From positions 227,726,001-227,790,000 of the forward strand of contig CM075977.1 of NCBI GenBank assembly GCA_038087875.1: DNA of 64,000 nucleotides, read 5' to 3'. Positions 1-12,700 of the stretch are shown piece after piece. Both the position numbers and the translations under genes were made by a program. Under the pieces are notes generated by a model, which was given only the letters and a program-made list of their open reading frames with translations, did no database searches and was not told the origin of the DNA. Every line of letters starts with the position of its first letter. The first letter of the stretch is position 1. This stretch comes from Malacoraja senta (Eukaryota).

Positions 1-972
1 TTTTTATATCAAAACATGTTCGATGTACCAACAATGTTCTGAGAAATTCATCCAGAAAATAAGGACGGTGGAAATGAAGTCTGGACAGTGAGCAGATACT
101 TGCCAAGTAAAATCAGTTTTGATAACATCATTGTTCATTAAAAATAACTTTATGCCAGGGTTAGTTCAAAGCACTTTTTAAAATTATATTTCTCAAGAAA
201 TATATTATGAAAATAACTTTTCAAAAAAATTCACAATACCCTTTCATGCACATTGAAACACGTGATCAAAAGAGAGCAGAATAAATGTAATGACTAACAT
301 GCCTAAAAAAAGTTTTATTCCGGTTGACAATTTCCCCTTTTATCTCTACAAACTTGCGAATCGTTCATCTTCAAATAGCAACATTCCTTGCCTGGTGCTT
401 GCTTTCCAGTATCCTGCCAAGAGTTCAAGGTGGAAACGAAATCATGAGTATTGGCTGAGGAAAACTCACACCTGATCTGTCCTCCCCAGGCATCCACTGA
501 AGAATTTTCAGCAAGGTTCTCAACTTAAAAAATAGTAAGAGGTGGGCAGGCCCAAACTTACTGAACACTCTGGCCATTGGTATTATTGCACTGGTATAGC
601 TCATTCATATAGACCTTCCTAGCTTACATCGATCATATACAATTATTACTTGTACAATTATTACTTTACTGGATTAGAAGAAATCGATTTTGAAAATAAT
701 CAAAACAGTACAACAGGATGTACTTTTCTTTTTTTATACTTCAAAACAATAATGTGATGAGATTTCAATGTTGATTATCCAATTCTCACCTTTACATAGA
801 ATTGAAAACTTCATGTACATGAGGCAAATCTTGAAAGCAATTTGAATAATGTCTCAAGCCTTACAAAATGTCTCCAGTACATCTTGTAGGTAGAGTTTTT
901 AAAAACTTCATCACAGTGTAACTTGCAAACACATTAATATTAAGATACTTGAAACTTGGACATCAAGGCTAA

Positions 973-1329
973 AGGGCCTGTCCCACTGTACGAGGTCATT
1001 CAAGAGTTCTCCCGAGTTTTCCCCTGATTCGAACTCGGAGAATGCCCGTAGCGGGTCCGTTGGAGTTCGTGGATGTCTCGTAGCGGCTCGTACGAGTAAA
1101 AAGTTTTTTAAAATTTCATCACGAATATTTTTTTACTCGTGGACATTTTTCACAATGTTGAAAAAACATCACGAGTTTACCGGATTTCCCGAGTACCTAC
1201 CGTTACTCGTACGAGCCGCTATGAGACATCCACGGACTCCTACGGACCCGCTACGGACATTCTCCGAGTTTGAATCAGGGGAAAACTCGGGAGAACTCTT
1301 GAATTACCTCGTACAGTGGGACAGGCCCT
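973..1329. mobile_element. PIF/Harbinger-type MITE
   Basis: Termini AGGGCCTGTCCCAC...GTGGGACAGGCCCT, ~125-bp imperfect TIRs, TAA TSD on both sides (970-972, 1330-1332), no coding capacity. Confidence 0.85.
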
Positions 1330-3289
1330 TAAGGATTCAAAAGTCAATATATTTATCCAAATTAAACATCGCTTACAAAAAGAAATATTGCAAATTCATC
1401 TTACAGCACTACAGCTCAGTTAAAGAAACTACTCATTAGGTTAAAATGACAGTCATCAGGATACAAACTTAACATATCATAGCTTTGTTTTGTCACATAG
1501 CAAGTGGCCAGATAATAACAGCCTTAAAACACACTAGTGATTAACCTGTAGTTGTCTAATTAAATATTGGTACTAGCTCAGAGTAATAAAAATGAATCTA
1601 ATCATTAATGGCAACCCTGCCATTCAGAAAGAAAATCACTGTTAGATATATAAATTAAATATGTTCTTGTTTCTATCCTTCTGATTAAGAGTATGTTTCC
1701 TGTTCAGAATTATATGAGCTGCCATATAACATTTTGTGCAAGTTCCATTATTTGTCATATATATTCATCAACTGCATCACTGTATCAATAGTTCCAGCCA
1801 TGAATGTCACACATTAGTAAGTCATTCACAGAAATGCCTATTGAGTTATTGCCGTTCAGAAAATCAGCGAATCTCGGGATTGTGGAAAGTTTCCCTTAAG
1901 AATGTTTAAAAATAGTAAATTATTGAAGAATAAGGAATCACACAATGATTAAAAACTTGATGGGCAGTTATGTGCAGGACAGCAGAACTTGTAAATATTC
2001 ATGCACCGCTTTATTCCAACTTAAAGAACTTCATTATTTTTCCAATGTAATTTTTGCCACAAAACACCATCCAGCTACAATACCTTATTCTTACATCCAT
2101 CAATACAAAATTAGTACCATGCAACAGGCAAAACAAAGGGGAAAAAACATTACAATAGACTTTGAAAGATCCATTACGGAGGGAAAACTTAACCTTGTTA
2201 TCCATAAAACAAAAATAGGATTAGTCCTTGTTGCACAAGATTAAATTTAATTTTCAACTGCAGTTGTGCTTTTGACAGCTTGACCTCTCAGCAGACACAC
2301 TACACAAGACGAAACAATATGGTTATATTTTTACTCTTTTTGTTTCATTAAAAAAAACTAATTAGATAGTAAAAAAAACTCCGAAGGGACAGATTGGTGA
2401 TTCGATTCTCACTATTTACATAATATGTATTTCAAAAGATTCCAGTGTGGTTTTTTAGAATGGTAAGATATTAGAAATCTTTCCCTTCAAACACATACAA
2501 TGCAAAAGCTTAGCATTCTGCACAACAGAGCCTGGCTCCGGCGAACAATACCCTATACAAATTACAAATGAGATGTAGCAGTCAGTTTTTAGAGAAGCTG
2601 CATAACAAGTTATTGGCCAGTCAAAACCACAGCCAGCTCAAAGCTTAATGATCTGTAAATTAACATACTTTCCAACCATACACTGTTACACTCCATGGGA
2701 GCATTTTCACCGAGACGTCTGTCAGTAAATTCCAATCAATAACAAAAGCTGATCAGCTAGTTACCCTTCCCTGTAGCCACCAAGACTTGTGCAAGACCCT
2801 TTCAGCCAGTACAAAAAATAGAATCATCAGACATCCTTTTCCTAATCTTTACATGTTCTTCACTGGGGACACGAAGAGCAGCCAGAAATCCCCTAGACAT
2901 TTAGATCGCCAAAGAATCAACTAGTATGAGTGCATTCTAAGAGGCACTGCCTCTAACACAGTGTGTATTTGATGAACAGTATCTACCCAGCATGCATTTC
3001 GCAAGTACACTGACAAGTTATCATATCACAACTAAAACCTAATTTGTGTTATGAAATATTTATCAGTGCGGCAGTTCTTAGCAGTCATCACAGCCAGAAA
3101 ACAAATATCAATGCATCTCGCACAAGATATTAAATGCCCATTTTGCACAACTAGAAATGTGGTTTTGTTTTTCAGGTAGCAGCCTGAAGAATATGTCATA
3201 TTTATTTTAAGAAGGATGCAGTGGAATTTGGCTCATTAGATACTTTTAATGAGACATAGAAATTTGATGAGAATGTAGGTGTGAAAAAT

Positions 3290-3362
3290 ATACATCTTCT
3301 AGATGCGCTGGGACGCATCCTCAGTGATGTGATCTGGGGTCATCGGGTGTTTCGGGTCTGCG
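3290..3362 (-). mobile_element. possible very short 3' end of a Hero-like non-LTR retrotransposon
   Basis: Minus strand gacccgaaacacccgatgaccccagatcacatcactgaggatgcgtcc resembles recalled fish Hero 3' ends; it truncates the ERV integrase. From memory only. Confidence 0.35.
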
Positions 3363-4550
3363 GGGACATGGTCATTCCATGGCTTCCATAAAGGTCGACC
3401 ATATATGATTTGCGCAGACGTTACTCGTGCCATACCAGAAAGTGTAGTGCGTATCTGAAAAAGAGCTACAGGAAGCAGTTTTAACCATGTTGAGCCAGTC
3501 TATGCCACTAATTTTTTCTAATTTGGTTTTCTTTTTTTAAATATTTTATTTATTAGATGTACATTACAGTGATATAAGCCAAAAATAACATAATACATTT
3601 CCTGTACCACTTCTTGTTTTAAACTTTATAAAGAAGAATAGAGAGAGTTAGATAAGATAGTAAGTGCGTGAAAGAGTGATCAGGAGAAACCCGTAGAAAC
3701 GTAAAACACAAGAAAGAGTTAAAAAGAAAACCAAAGGAAAAGAAAGAGAAAAATGGAAAACAGAAGATATAAGAAAGTAAAATAAGATAAAAGGGATGTA
3801 CCTACTTCGTATCTTTATACACCCCTCACCAGGTCCTGAAACCATTTATTTTCAAAGTTATGTTGCACCCTATGCTTGTAATAAGTCGATAAATGGAGAC
3901 CAAATACTTTGGAAATGGTCTGATTTGCCTGCTAGGAGGAATCTCATGTCTTCTAGGTGTAACATTTCGGACATATTTGAAATCCACATTTTTATCGTTG
4001 GTGTGGGAGCGTTTTTTTTCAAAGTCTGATTTGCCCATTCCACCAATCCGGTGGCCTGAGGTCGATACGCACAATGGAGCTGTTGACGTATCTGTAATTT
4101 CTTTGTTTACAGCAGCAATAAAATAAGGACCATTATCTGAACTTAAACGCGCAGGAACACCGAATCGCGGTATGATTTCGCGTAACAATATTTTTACAAT
4201 GGTAGAGTCCTTATTGTCAGTGGTCGGCCATGCTTCAATCCATTTACTGAAAACATCAATTTACTGAAAACGACAATTACAAGAACATACTTATAACACT
4301 GGACATCTTTTCAACTCAATGTAGTCCATTTGCAAGGTCTCAAAGGGGCCTGCTGGTAAAGGGGTCTTAACTGGTTCTCAGGACAAGCCCTTACCTGGAT
4401 TATGCTGCTGGCAAATCAGACATCACTGGCTGATACGCTGGGACAAGTCCAGAAGTTTCGGATGCCACCAGGTTTCTAGAAGCATATTACTTATGGCCTT
4501 GGCCCCACAATGAGTGTACACATTCAATAACCCACAACGCAAGCTTGTCA
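3363..4550 (-). pseudogene. pol: endogenous retrovirus integrase relic (class I, gamma/epsilon-like pol)
   Basis: Minus-strand translation across frameshifts: THCG...CLICQQHNPGK (HHCC), PFETLQMDYIEL, VFSKWIEAWPT, LLREIIPRFGVPARLSSDNGPYF, LHCAYRPQATGLVEWANQTLK, [L1 insert], KTKLEK...WLKLLPVALFQIRTT...QIIYGRP. Runs into the gap at 4551. Confidence 0.9.
3530..4012 (-). mobile_element. L1 3' fragment inserted in the ERV integrase
   Basis: Encodes APTPTIKMWISNMSEMLHLEDMRFLLAGKSDHFQSIWSPFIDLLQA*, homologous to the ORF2 C-terminus at 11030-11533; pyrimidine-rich 3' UTR, AATAAA and A-tail. Confidence 0.88.
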
Positions 4551-4750
4551 NNNNNNNNNNNNNNNNNNNNNNNNNNNNNNNNNNNNNNNNNNNNNNNNNN
4601 NNNNNNNNNNNNNNNNNNNNNNNNNNNNNNNNNNNNNNNNNNNNNNNNNNNNNNNNNNNNNNNNNNNNNNNNNNNNNNNNNNNNNNNNNNNNNNNNNNNN
4701 NNNNNNNNNNNNNNNNNNNNNNNNNNNNNNNNNNNNNNNNNNNNNNNNNN
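4551..4750. other. assembly gap (others at 18414-18673, 18748-18940, 23924-24181, 36634-36833)
   Basis: Runs of N. Confidence 1.
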
Positions 4751-4769
4751 TAGGAATGGAAAATCAAGG

Positions 4770-4980
4770 CTACACCCTTAGCTAATGGAACGTCCATTCA
4801 GTAGTCTGGTACCAGTCGGATAGACACTCTTCCTGAATCTGGTGGTATATACTTTAAAGGTTTTGTTTCTTCTGCTTGACGGGAGAGGGAAGACGAGGGA
4901 ATGACGAGGGTGCAAAAGGTTCTTGACTGTTGGCTGCTTTCCATCGGCAGCATGAAGTGCAGATGGAGTCAATGGGAGAG
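4770..4980 (-). mobile_element. Rex-Babar-type LINE 3' fragment
   Basis: LPSSRRNKTFKVYTTRFRKSVYPTGTRLLNG matches the clade's C-terminal RRY...RFRNSFFPxAIRLLN motif. Confidence 0.75.
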
Positions 4981-4982
4981 GG

Positions 4983-5457
4983 ATAGACTCAAGATGTGCT
5001 TAAAACCTGCTTGAAAAAAAACGGCGACCTCTGTTCATGACCATTCAAAGTGAAGAAGCAACATTTGGGATGATATTGAGAACCTTGAGGCCATGTTTCA
5101 AGAAAAAAAGGATCTTTGTGCAAGTGGCAGAAGGAGTGTAGCACCTCACAAACTACCCACTCATCGGGCACTTCCCATTCCATCTGTGGATGCATATTGG
5201 CTTCATGAGCCACCTCCGCACTCACAAAAGCAGGCAAATCATCTTCAGCTCCAAGATTAGACAGTGATATTTAGTTCAAAATCGAAAATGTGATGTTTAT
5301 GTTACGGAATTCATTGTTTTAGCTGCAGTCTGCAGATATTCCATATTTGGATATCTTGCTCTCATGAAATGTTTCAGAAGGAATTCACAACTGGAATGCT
5401 AGGTTTTAATTATTAAGAGAATTAAACTGGAAATCTTGATATTCAAATGAGGGGATA
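4983..5457 (+). repeat. copy 1 of local duplication (RTE 3' end plus flank)
   Basis: Colinear, highly similar to 6747-7227; contains RTE-like HIGFMSHLRTH terminus. Confidence 0.85.
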
Positions 5458-6023
5458 TTGTGGATGCAGCTCAGTCCACCATGGTGGTTTGTATGATGAA
5501 CTGAGCTGCATCCACAACGTAATTTATTGAGGACTTGGGTAGAGCAGTTGCTGGAAGAACGTAGTGGGTTATGCACCATCTGTGTTGAGAAATGGACGGG
5601 GCGAGGTTTCTGGTTGGGATTCTTTATTAAACATATGACAATGTTCCCTACTACCAATAAAAACTGTAGAAACAACACTGTTTGAAATAAAAAGGACTGG
5701 AGGGTTACCAATACTGCACTTACCCATAAATCAGATAACATTTTACTTTACAGGATTTGAAAAGCAAGTAACAACATTTTATAACTGAATGTCAAATATT
5801 GTAATACATTTAAAGGCACCAAGAGATGCTTGAGACTGTCCATATCAACTATTTATATAATAAGCAGAGAGCACTTCATTACTTCCAGGGTCAAGTTACT
5901 TTCACCTGACTATGAATATGGTGAAGTTCTATCGCCAACACCTTCCAATTTTTCATAATTCAAGGAATTCTCTGCCTTTAATTCTCATAAATCAAAGTGC
6001 ACAACTTCCCATTTTTCTACATT

Positions 6024-6517
6024 CCCGGCGAGCAGCGCAGCCCGGAGTGTTCCAAGCGAGCGGGGCCAAGCCCTCCAGTAGACTCAGCTCGCCCACCGCA
6101 GACAGGACCCGGAGAGAACGAGTAGGGACCCGTGAGCAACCGCCAAGAGCGAGGTGGGCCGTCGGAAGCTCTCGGCGAGCGTTGTGGAGCCATTCAAGAG
6201 AGGACCCAGTGGTGGGCAGCCGAGGGTGGGCCTGCGTGAGTGCCGGCGGTCGGACGGACCCACGGTGGGTGCCAAAGGTCGATTGAGGACGTGCCGCCAA
6301 GAGAACACAGAGGGACACGGCGTGGGGATGGGGATGGGGGGGCTGCCGCCAAGAACAAAGAGGGACCCAACGTGGACAGGCCGCCAAGAACTTTGAAGGA
6401 CTATATAGAATGTAGGCGCCCTAAACGAGGCCACTCTTTGCATACTTTATGTATGGTGTGCAAAACAAAGAATTTCACTGACATGCACACGTGATATTAA
6501 AGTATCATTCATTCATT
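6024..6517 (+). mobile_element. GC-rich non-autonomous retroposon with Rex-Babar/L2-type tail
   Basis: CpG-rich body, tail caaaacaaagaatttcactg...gtgatattaaagtatcattcattcatt shared in style with other Rex-type tails here (e.g. 31690-31765). Confidence 0.6.
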
Positions 6518-6534
6518 TTCCATATACCATATAC

Positions 6535-6685
6535 TCACCCATTCACTTATCCTGCATTATATCCCCTTGAAACCTTTTTGCACCTCTCACGTCACCGATT
6601 ACCCGTACAGTAAACCATGTTAGGTACCTCATCCAAATCATTGTGAACAGCTGTGGCTCCCAGCACCAAACCCAGAGCCATTCCT
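6535..6685 (-). mobile_element. degenerate CR1 RT fragment
   Basis: Minus strand gtgctgggagccacagctgttcacaatgatttggatgagg resembles CR1 VLGPQLF..NDLDE region. Confidence 0.55.
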
Positions 6686-6746
6686 CTATTCTCAGCCTTC
6701 CACGTCAATCGAGTCTCTCCAGAATAGTGTACCAGAAAAAAGAGGA

Positions 6747-7227
6747 ATAGACTCCAGATGTGCTTAAAACCTGCTTGAAAAAAACGGCGACCTCTGTCCA
6801 TGACCGTTCAAAGTGAAGAAGCAACATTTGGGATGATATTGAGAACCTTGAGGCCATGTTTCAGGAAAAAAGGATCTTTGTGCAAGTGGCAGAAGGAATG
6901 TAGCACCTCACAAACTACCCACCTCATCGGGCACTTCCCATTCCATCTGTGGATGCATATTGGCTTCATGAGCCACCTCAGAACTCACAAAAGCATGCAA
7001 ATCATCCTCAGCTCCAAGATTAGACTGATATTTAGTTCAAAGGCGACAATGTGATGTTTATTTTACGGATTCATTGTTTTAGCTGCAGCTAACATATGTT
7101 CCATATTTTGGATATCTTACTCTCATGAAAAGCTGCAGAAGGAATTCACAACTGCAATACTAGGCTTTAATTATAATTATAAAGAGAATTAAACTGGAAA
7201 TCTTGACATTCAGATGAGGGTAATATT
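6747..7227 (+). repeat. copy 2 of local duplication (RTE 3' end plus flank)
   Basis: Matches 4983-5457 with scattered substitutions and indels. Confidence 0.85.
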
Positions 7228-9479
7228 AAATTGGATACTGGGTAGATGGTAAATTGAAACAAAAACATTGGTCCAGCAGGCCAATTCTGAATTTGAAAAG
7301 ATCTGTTTCAAATTCAGAGCTTCTAGACTGGGGTGGTTGCAAAATTTTAACCACAACTTTTTAAAAGAAAATGTAAATGGTGCACGAGTAGGAGAATAAG
7401 ATGACAAAGTTTGCTCTCTCAGAAAATAAGTACAAGCACAATGGGACAAATTACTTTTTTTTGTGCAAAATCAGCTACCATATCTAACTTTTTAAATAAC
7501 TTATTTTTCTCTAATGACAACTAGAGTGTGTTGAAATTACATAATTATATTGTAATTCTCCAACTTTTAGACAAATAATTCATCTTGTGGGAAATAAGCT
7601 ATAATATAATTATACTGACATCCCTGAATTAACTCATTCAGCAGTCAAATAATTGAAACAGGTCTTGATCATTCATAAACAAATGAAACAGATAAATTCA
7701 CAGAAAAAGATGCAAAAATGTTACTCATTTTATAGCCAAAAAGATAATCATTCCCCTAAACTGTATTTATATAATGAGATTTATGCTTGAGAATATTTTG
7801 CACATCAATATCCCAATGAGATATCATCACAGTAAAACCATATGAATGTTACCGAGTAGAATTTAGAAAAGCCTATCCAATAAATACAAAACTTTCAAAG
7901 GCAATATTTTATTGCAGTTAGATAGAATGCACATCCAATCAGCTGTTCTTGTGTTCGTCTAATGTTTTATTACAGTCTTAAATACAATTGAGAACTTGCT
8001 GTATTTAAAAAATGGTAACCTTTTAATACATTAAAAGTCAACTGACTGATGTGCATTTGATTAGGTTCCACATACTTCAATATACTTCTGAGATTTGGCA
8101 GGACCATACAAAAAGAAAAGGAAAGAATCAAGAAACTTTATATAAGTTGTATAAAGTTCCAAATAAAAAGTGTAAATTCATGTCAAATTCTTTCCAAATA
8201 AACTACAACTCGATTTATCCCTTTAATATTTTGCTAAAAGAAACTCAGTAGCTGACGTTTTGTGCAGATAAATATTTCATCTTGAAATCAATTAAGAGAT
8301 TAAGAACAAATAAGGTATTCGTCTAATTAATGTCATTGTGTAAAGGTTCCAAACCCTATAGCACAATCCTGGGAGCTCAAGTTAATAAATACCAACTACT
8401 CAAGCTTCAGTTATGTTTTAAGTATCAGCTGAAATTCACAACTGTTACCACCATGCAGATTCCTGTTGGCAATCTATTTTCTTCAGCGCTTTAAGTGGCC
8501 CCAGCTGCTCACTGACTGCCATTTGTTAGCTTCAGACTCACGTGCAATTAGTCTTTGGTCCAATTCCAAAACAGTGAATCAACGCTCCAAATCAAACTGA
8601 TTTATGGTTTGTAAGCTACAAGATAGAACACTGAAAGGTTTTTATCACATTTTACAGCATGTAAGAGAAAGGAAATGTGGAAGTTAGAGAGGCTAAGGGG
8701 AGACATAAACAATTGTCCTTAACAATTAGGATTAAGGAGAATCACAAGGCATTTTATATGTTTATTAGAAGCAGAAGAGTAGTTAGGACAAGAATAAATC
8801 TACTCAGGTACAAAGGAGGGAATTTATTTGTGAAGCCAGAGAAAGTGAGTGTGGGTCTTAATGAATACTTTGCATCAGTGTTCACCAAGGAGGAAGGCAT
8901 GGTTGATGGTAAGATTAGGGAAAGTTTGTTAATATTCTAGGGTATGTTGATATTAAGGAGCACGAGGTGTTGGGTATCTTGAAAAACACTGAGGCAGTTA
9001 AGTCCCCAAGGATTGATGGGATCTATTTTAGAATCCTGAGGAAAATAAGGGTGGAGATTTTGTTGGGATCTTGACAGAGATCTTTGACTCCTTTGCAATA
9101 GGCAAAGTGCCAGTAGACTGGAGAATTGCCATTGTAATTATTTTGCTCAGGAAGGGCAACAGGGACAAGCCAGGAGAGTATAAACCAGTGAAGGAAATGA
9201 TTAGAGAAAATTGTTAAGGACAGGGATTACTTGCATTTGGAAAAACCATTGACTTATTGTAGAAAATCAGCATAGGTTGTGTAGGGGGGAAGTCCCATCT
9301 TGCAAATGTAATTATTTATTTAAAGAAGTGACCAAGATTCTTTGCAGTGGATGTGATCTATGTCGGCTGGTCCAGAAAATTGGGTCATATGGGATACATC
9401 TAAATTGGTAAATTGGATCAAAAATTGGCTTGGTCATAGAAGGCAATGGGTAGCCTCTTTCAACAGGAAGTCTATACTC

Positions 9480-11533
9480 GATACTCATCTAACAATATGA
9501 GACGTCTACTCAACATAATGCACTCACACAAATCTGAAGATCAAGAATTATCAATTATTTCGCTGGATGCTGAAAAAGCATTTGATCAAGTAGAATGGAA
9601 TTATATGGATAAAGTATTACAAAAATTCCAACTGGGGGAGAATTTTATTCTATGGATCAAGTTACTATATAACAAACCTACAGCTAGAATACTAACTAAT
9701 AACATATTATCCTCGAAATTCCAACTATCAAGGGGAAATAGACAAGGATGCTCATTATCACCACAGCTGTTTGCTCTCATTATTGAACCGCTAGCAGAAA
9801 AAATTAGAATACACCCTGATATCCATGGATATAATACTAAAGACTCATATAATAAAATATCTTTATACGCGGATGATATATTACTGTACATTACAAAACC
9901 TCAAATCACTATACCAAATATATTAAATTTAATTGAAGACTTTGGATCTTTTTCTGGATATAGAATAAATTGGAATAAAAGTGAAATTATGTCAATAAAA
10001 CCGAAAGATTCAACACATCTTTTAAAATTCCCTTTTAAAATATCTACAGAAAAATTTAAATACTTGGGAGTCGAATTTACCAGAACATATCAAGGTATGT
10101 TTGGGGCAAATTTTGACCCCCTACTTAATAAATTAAACACACTAATTAAATTCTGGAAAACGCTCCCGATGGCTTTAATAGGCCGAATAAACGCAATAAA
10201 AATGATCTTTCTACCACAAATTTTATACCTATTTCAATCGATTCCTATATACTTACCAAAGAAGTTTAAAAAAAAACTCGACTCAGATATCACTAATTTT
10301 ATATGGGACTATAAATCACATAGAATACAAAAAACTCATCTGAATAAACCTAAAGTATTAGGGGGTTTAGCACTACCTAACTTTATGTATTATTATTGGT
10401 CAGTAAATATAAAAATATGATTCAACTGATGGATAACTCCGCCCAGCAAGTGGACTGGATTGTAATGGAGAAAGAGGATTGCTCCTCAGGAAACATTGGA
10501 GCGATCCTCCTTTCTCCAATGAAATTGAATAACATAAATTATAATAAGAACCCAATTATTCATAGTACAATCCGAATTTGGAAACAAATAAAACAAAATT
10601 TAAAATTAAGAAATTTATCACTTTTATTACCTATAGTTAATAACCCTTCGTTTAATCCCTCTATTATAGATAAAGCTTTTACACATTGGGATAGACTAGG
10701 AATTAAAACGCTTGGTGACTTGTATGAAACTGGAAAATTACTTTCATTTCAACAATTACAAATAAAATTTAAACTCGGAAATAATCAATATTTTAAATAT
10801 TTTCAAATATGCGACTATTTGAAAATATATACAAAAGATCATTATAATAACCCAGTAGATATATTCGATGAGGCAATGCAGATAAAAGCTGAATCAGCAA
10901 ACTTAATATCATATTTGTATAATATTATCTTAAATGTAGAAATACCATCTACGGAGGGTATCAGAAGAGACTGGGAACAAGTTAGCTATTAAAATTTCAA
11001 AGGAAAGTTGGAATGAACACTTATTAAACGTGCACAAATGTTCGATTAATGTAAGACACACTTTAATACAATTTAAAATTTTACATAGATTATATTATTC
11101 GAAAACTAAAATTCATAAAATTTTCCCAAATGTATCGTCTATTTGTGATAAATGTCAATCCCAAGAAGCTACTATAGCGCACTCATTCGTTTTCTGTACA
11201 AAAATTCAAAAATTTTGGAATGAAATTTTTGAAATCTTTACAAAGTTATTTAAAATAAGACTGATACCCAAAGCAGAATGGATTATCTTCGGAATAACGG
11301 AAGATGGCCCAGAACTAAATGTGTTTCAAAAGAAACTAATGGACTATGGGTTAATAACTGGAAAAAAGCTAATTCTAAAATTTTGGAAGAAGGCTCCAAT
11401 ACCAACTATAAATATGTGGACTTCAAATATGTTCGAAACATTACACCTAGAAGAGATAAGACTCCTCCTAGCAGGTAAACCAGATCACTTCCACCTGACG
11501 TGGTCTGCATTTATAGAATTATTACAAATATAG
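9480..11533 (+). pseudogene. L1 ORF2 reverse transcriptase and C-terminal zinc-knuckle region, two frameshifts
   Basis: SLDAEKAFDQVEW, RQGCSLSPQLF, SLYADD, FKYLGV, GGLALPN, CDKC...H...C across ORFs 9446-10420, 10396-10992, 11030-11533. Confidence 0.93.
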
Positions 11534-11918
11534 GGTGCAAAAGTACTTAAAAAAAAAATTGAGGTCAGGTAAGGGGGGATGCTAGTTGAAGAGTTGGTAT
11601 GTCCCATTTACGTAATGCTCATAAAAATATTTGTTTCTCTCTTTTTCCTTTTTCTTTCTCTTTCTTTTCTAGGGTCTATTTCTTAACTCTTTTTCTTTTG
11701 TTTTTTAATTTTGCTCTTATAGGGTCTTCGTCCTTTTTTGTTGTCACATTTTCTACACTTTCACTTTTTCCTTCACTTTCTTCTTTCTTTCAATCTTTTC
11801 TTTTTCTAGTGTAAAAAATAAATGGAGTACATTAATTGTAAGAAGACATAAGTGACGAGTACTAAATGTATGTGGTTGTAATGTAATGTACTTCTAATAA
11901 ATAAAAATTAAAAAAAAA
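9480..11918 (+). mobile_element. 5'-truncated L1 with 15-bp TSD
   Basis: TSD AGGAAGTCTATACTC at 9465-9479 and 11919-11933; AATAAA plus A-tail; T-rich 3' UTR. Confidence 0.95.
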
Positions 11919-12036
11919 AGGAAGTCTATACTCAGTAGTGTTCTACTGGGACCACTGTTGTTTGTAATTAATGATCAAGATGAAAATGTAGGTGGCTTGA
12001 TTTATAAGTTTGCAGATGAAACAAAAATTGGTGGAG

Positions 12037-12512
12037 AGGAGACGGGAGAGATGAGAGGAGGGGAGAGGGGGAGGGGAAAGGAGAGTAGGGGGCAGAGGAG
12101 AGGGGGCAGAGGAAAGGGGAGGGGGAGAGAGGAAAGGAGAGTAGGGGGCAGTGGAGAGGAGGTGGGGGGAGGGGAAAGGAGAGTACGGGGCAGAGGAGAG
12201 GGGACAGAGGAGAGGGGGCAGAGGAAAGGGGAGGGGGAGAGGGGAAAGGAGAGGAGGGAGAGGGGAAAGGAGAATAGGGGGCAGAGGAGAGGGAAGGAGA
12301 GGTGCAGAGGGAGGAGAGGGGGGGGGAAAGGAGAGTAGGGGGCAGGGGAGAGGGGGAGGGGGCAGAGGAGAGGGGGGGCAGAGGAGAGGGGAGAGGGGGC
12401 AGAGGAAAGGGGAGGGGGGGGGGGAAAGGAGAGTAGGGGGCAGAGGAGAGGAGGTGAGGAGAGGTGCAGAGAGAGGAGAGGGGAGGAAGGGAAAGGAGGG
12501 GAGAGAAAAGAG
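12037..12512 (+). repeat. polypurine low-complexity tandem repeat
   Basis: Almost pure G/A with recurring aaaggagagtagggggcagaggagagggg units. Confidence 0.95.
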
Positions 12513-12519
12513 GACTATG

Positions 12520-12700
12520 ATTGCAGTTGAAAGTGGGCATTGCCTGGATAGCGGAGATCCTTGATGATAGATAGAGTCTTCTTGAGGCAACGCCTCATGT
12601 AAATACTTTTATAATACTTGAATATAAATCATTTTGATGGTGGAGAGGACTGTGCCTGTGATGAACTGGGCTGAGCCCACTATTCTCTGCAGCCTCTTGC
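12520..12700 (-). mobile_element. Rex-Babar-type LINE remnant
   Basis: Degenerate match to the RCLKKA..IIKDP.HPG region of the copy at 48557-49021. Confidence 0.6.

Larger units (their letters stand above)
8660..12036 (+). mobile_element. degenerate CR1 LINE ORF2 fragment, interrupted by L1
   Basis: IKENHKAFYMFIRSRR...LNEYFASVFTKEE before the L1; FVINDQDENVGGLIYKFADETKIGG resumes after it (11934-12036). Confidence 0.85.

Noticed and set aside
4423-4797. ORFs spanning N runs (also at the other gaps)
   Set aside because: Openness is due to unknown bases.
6533-6680. Minus-strand exon ending in a strong GTGAGT donor
   Set aside because: Sequence is a CR1 remnant; no evidence of exonisation.
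11943-12590. Long Pro/Leu/Ser- and Gly/Arg/Glu-rich ORFs
   Set aside because: Artefacts of the polypurine repeat.
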